From Octopus sinensis (Eukaryota): 64,000 nt of DNA. The DNA lies in NCBI RefSeq assembly GCF_006345805.1, contig NC_042997.1, forward strand, positions 100,316,001 to 100,380,000, read 5' to 3'. This document shows, piece after piece, positions 63,301 through 64,000 of this stretch; the first letter of the stretch is position 1, and each line of letters starts with the position of its first letter. A program made the position numbers and the translations under genes. The notes beneath the pieces are model-generated. The model did no database searches, was not told where the DNA came from, and worked only from the letters and a program-made list of their open reading frames with translations.

Positions 63301-64000
63301 TTACAAAAAGAGGTTAACTGTTTTCTTTCCCATTTTACATTTCCTCTTTAAGGTCCATGAACTTTCAGAAGCCAAAGCATCATACATTTAGTCAATACAT
63401 ATTGTAGCAGTTAATTTTTTTTTTTTTTTTGCGAGTGTGTTTGATGACAAGATATTCCATGAGTTAATAACTTTACTATGAATAGTAGGAAAAATATATT
63501 ATCATAAAAACAGTGAAATCTATTAATTGGTAGTTAGATCAATACAGATTCAAAATATCAACTAAATCATTTCATGTAATGCTAAACTAGAAATAAAAAA
63601 TGAAGCACTACTGAATTTTACATTAAAAACGTAGAAAAAAAAAATTTAAATGGCATTAAATTAAACCAGTATAAACAAAAGGTGTGTAAGGCAAAGACTG
63701 TTGACATAAATGGCACTGTGGAAAATATTTTCAAGAATTATTTGAATACACGAACTCTGATTACTGAAAGCCAACGACTTTAGATCGATATTCTGCATTC
63801 ATTCACATATTTACTCATCTCTCATCGAAGATGAAGTGGCTTCAGCAGAAACCATGAATTGAAGAAAACAATAAGATTGATTTATATGTGGTAGAGTATA
63901 TAGATGACTTAGATACATATACACAAGCGACGAATTCATTTATTTTATTGAATAGCTACATAATGCCAATCCTATTTGGACGATAATGCATGTATGCAAT

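Noticed and set aside
63800-63855. Minus-strand ATG (MVSAEATSSSMRDE) as the first exon of the dsRBD gene
   Set aside because: It ends in an in-frame TAA and the only nearby donor is weak and in phase 2, incompatible with the phase-0 downstream exons.

Overview
AT-rich, repeat-dense eukaryotic DNA, most likely from an octopus or other coleoid cephalopod (inferred from the RTE LINE, tRNA-SINE and (TA/CATA)n load). Two spliced genes lie on the minus strand. (1) The first three coding exons of a KDM6A/Utx H3K27 demethylase (3383-3301, 3019-2956, 588-447), continuing off the left edge. (2) A complete six-exon, 312-aa, three-dsRBD protein of the TRBP/PACT/Loquacious family (28875-19531). It has a probable ~3.8-kb TE-free 3' UTR and candidate upstream exons at 36345-36371 and 41506-41564; its promoter is probably near or beyond the right edge. 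The rest is layered mobile DNA: RTE LINE pieces with a VNTR-containing 3' UTR, a CR1-type LINE fragment, Penelope-like pieces, mariner/Tc1, a hAT-like transposase relic, a Helentron-like element, TTAA-flanked and GG-ended MITEs, several SINE families, and very long micro- and minisatellites. The most notable observations are a dispersed ~190-bp repeat carrying a minimal hammerhead-ribozyme fold (3 copies), several long fold-back elements with clean target-site duplications, a candidate 27-nt in-frame micro-exon for the dsRBD gene, and a degenerate 25-bp tandem array. Nearly all long ORFs in the supplied track are microsatellite artefacts. Repeat boundaries are approximate, read by eye.
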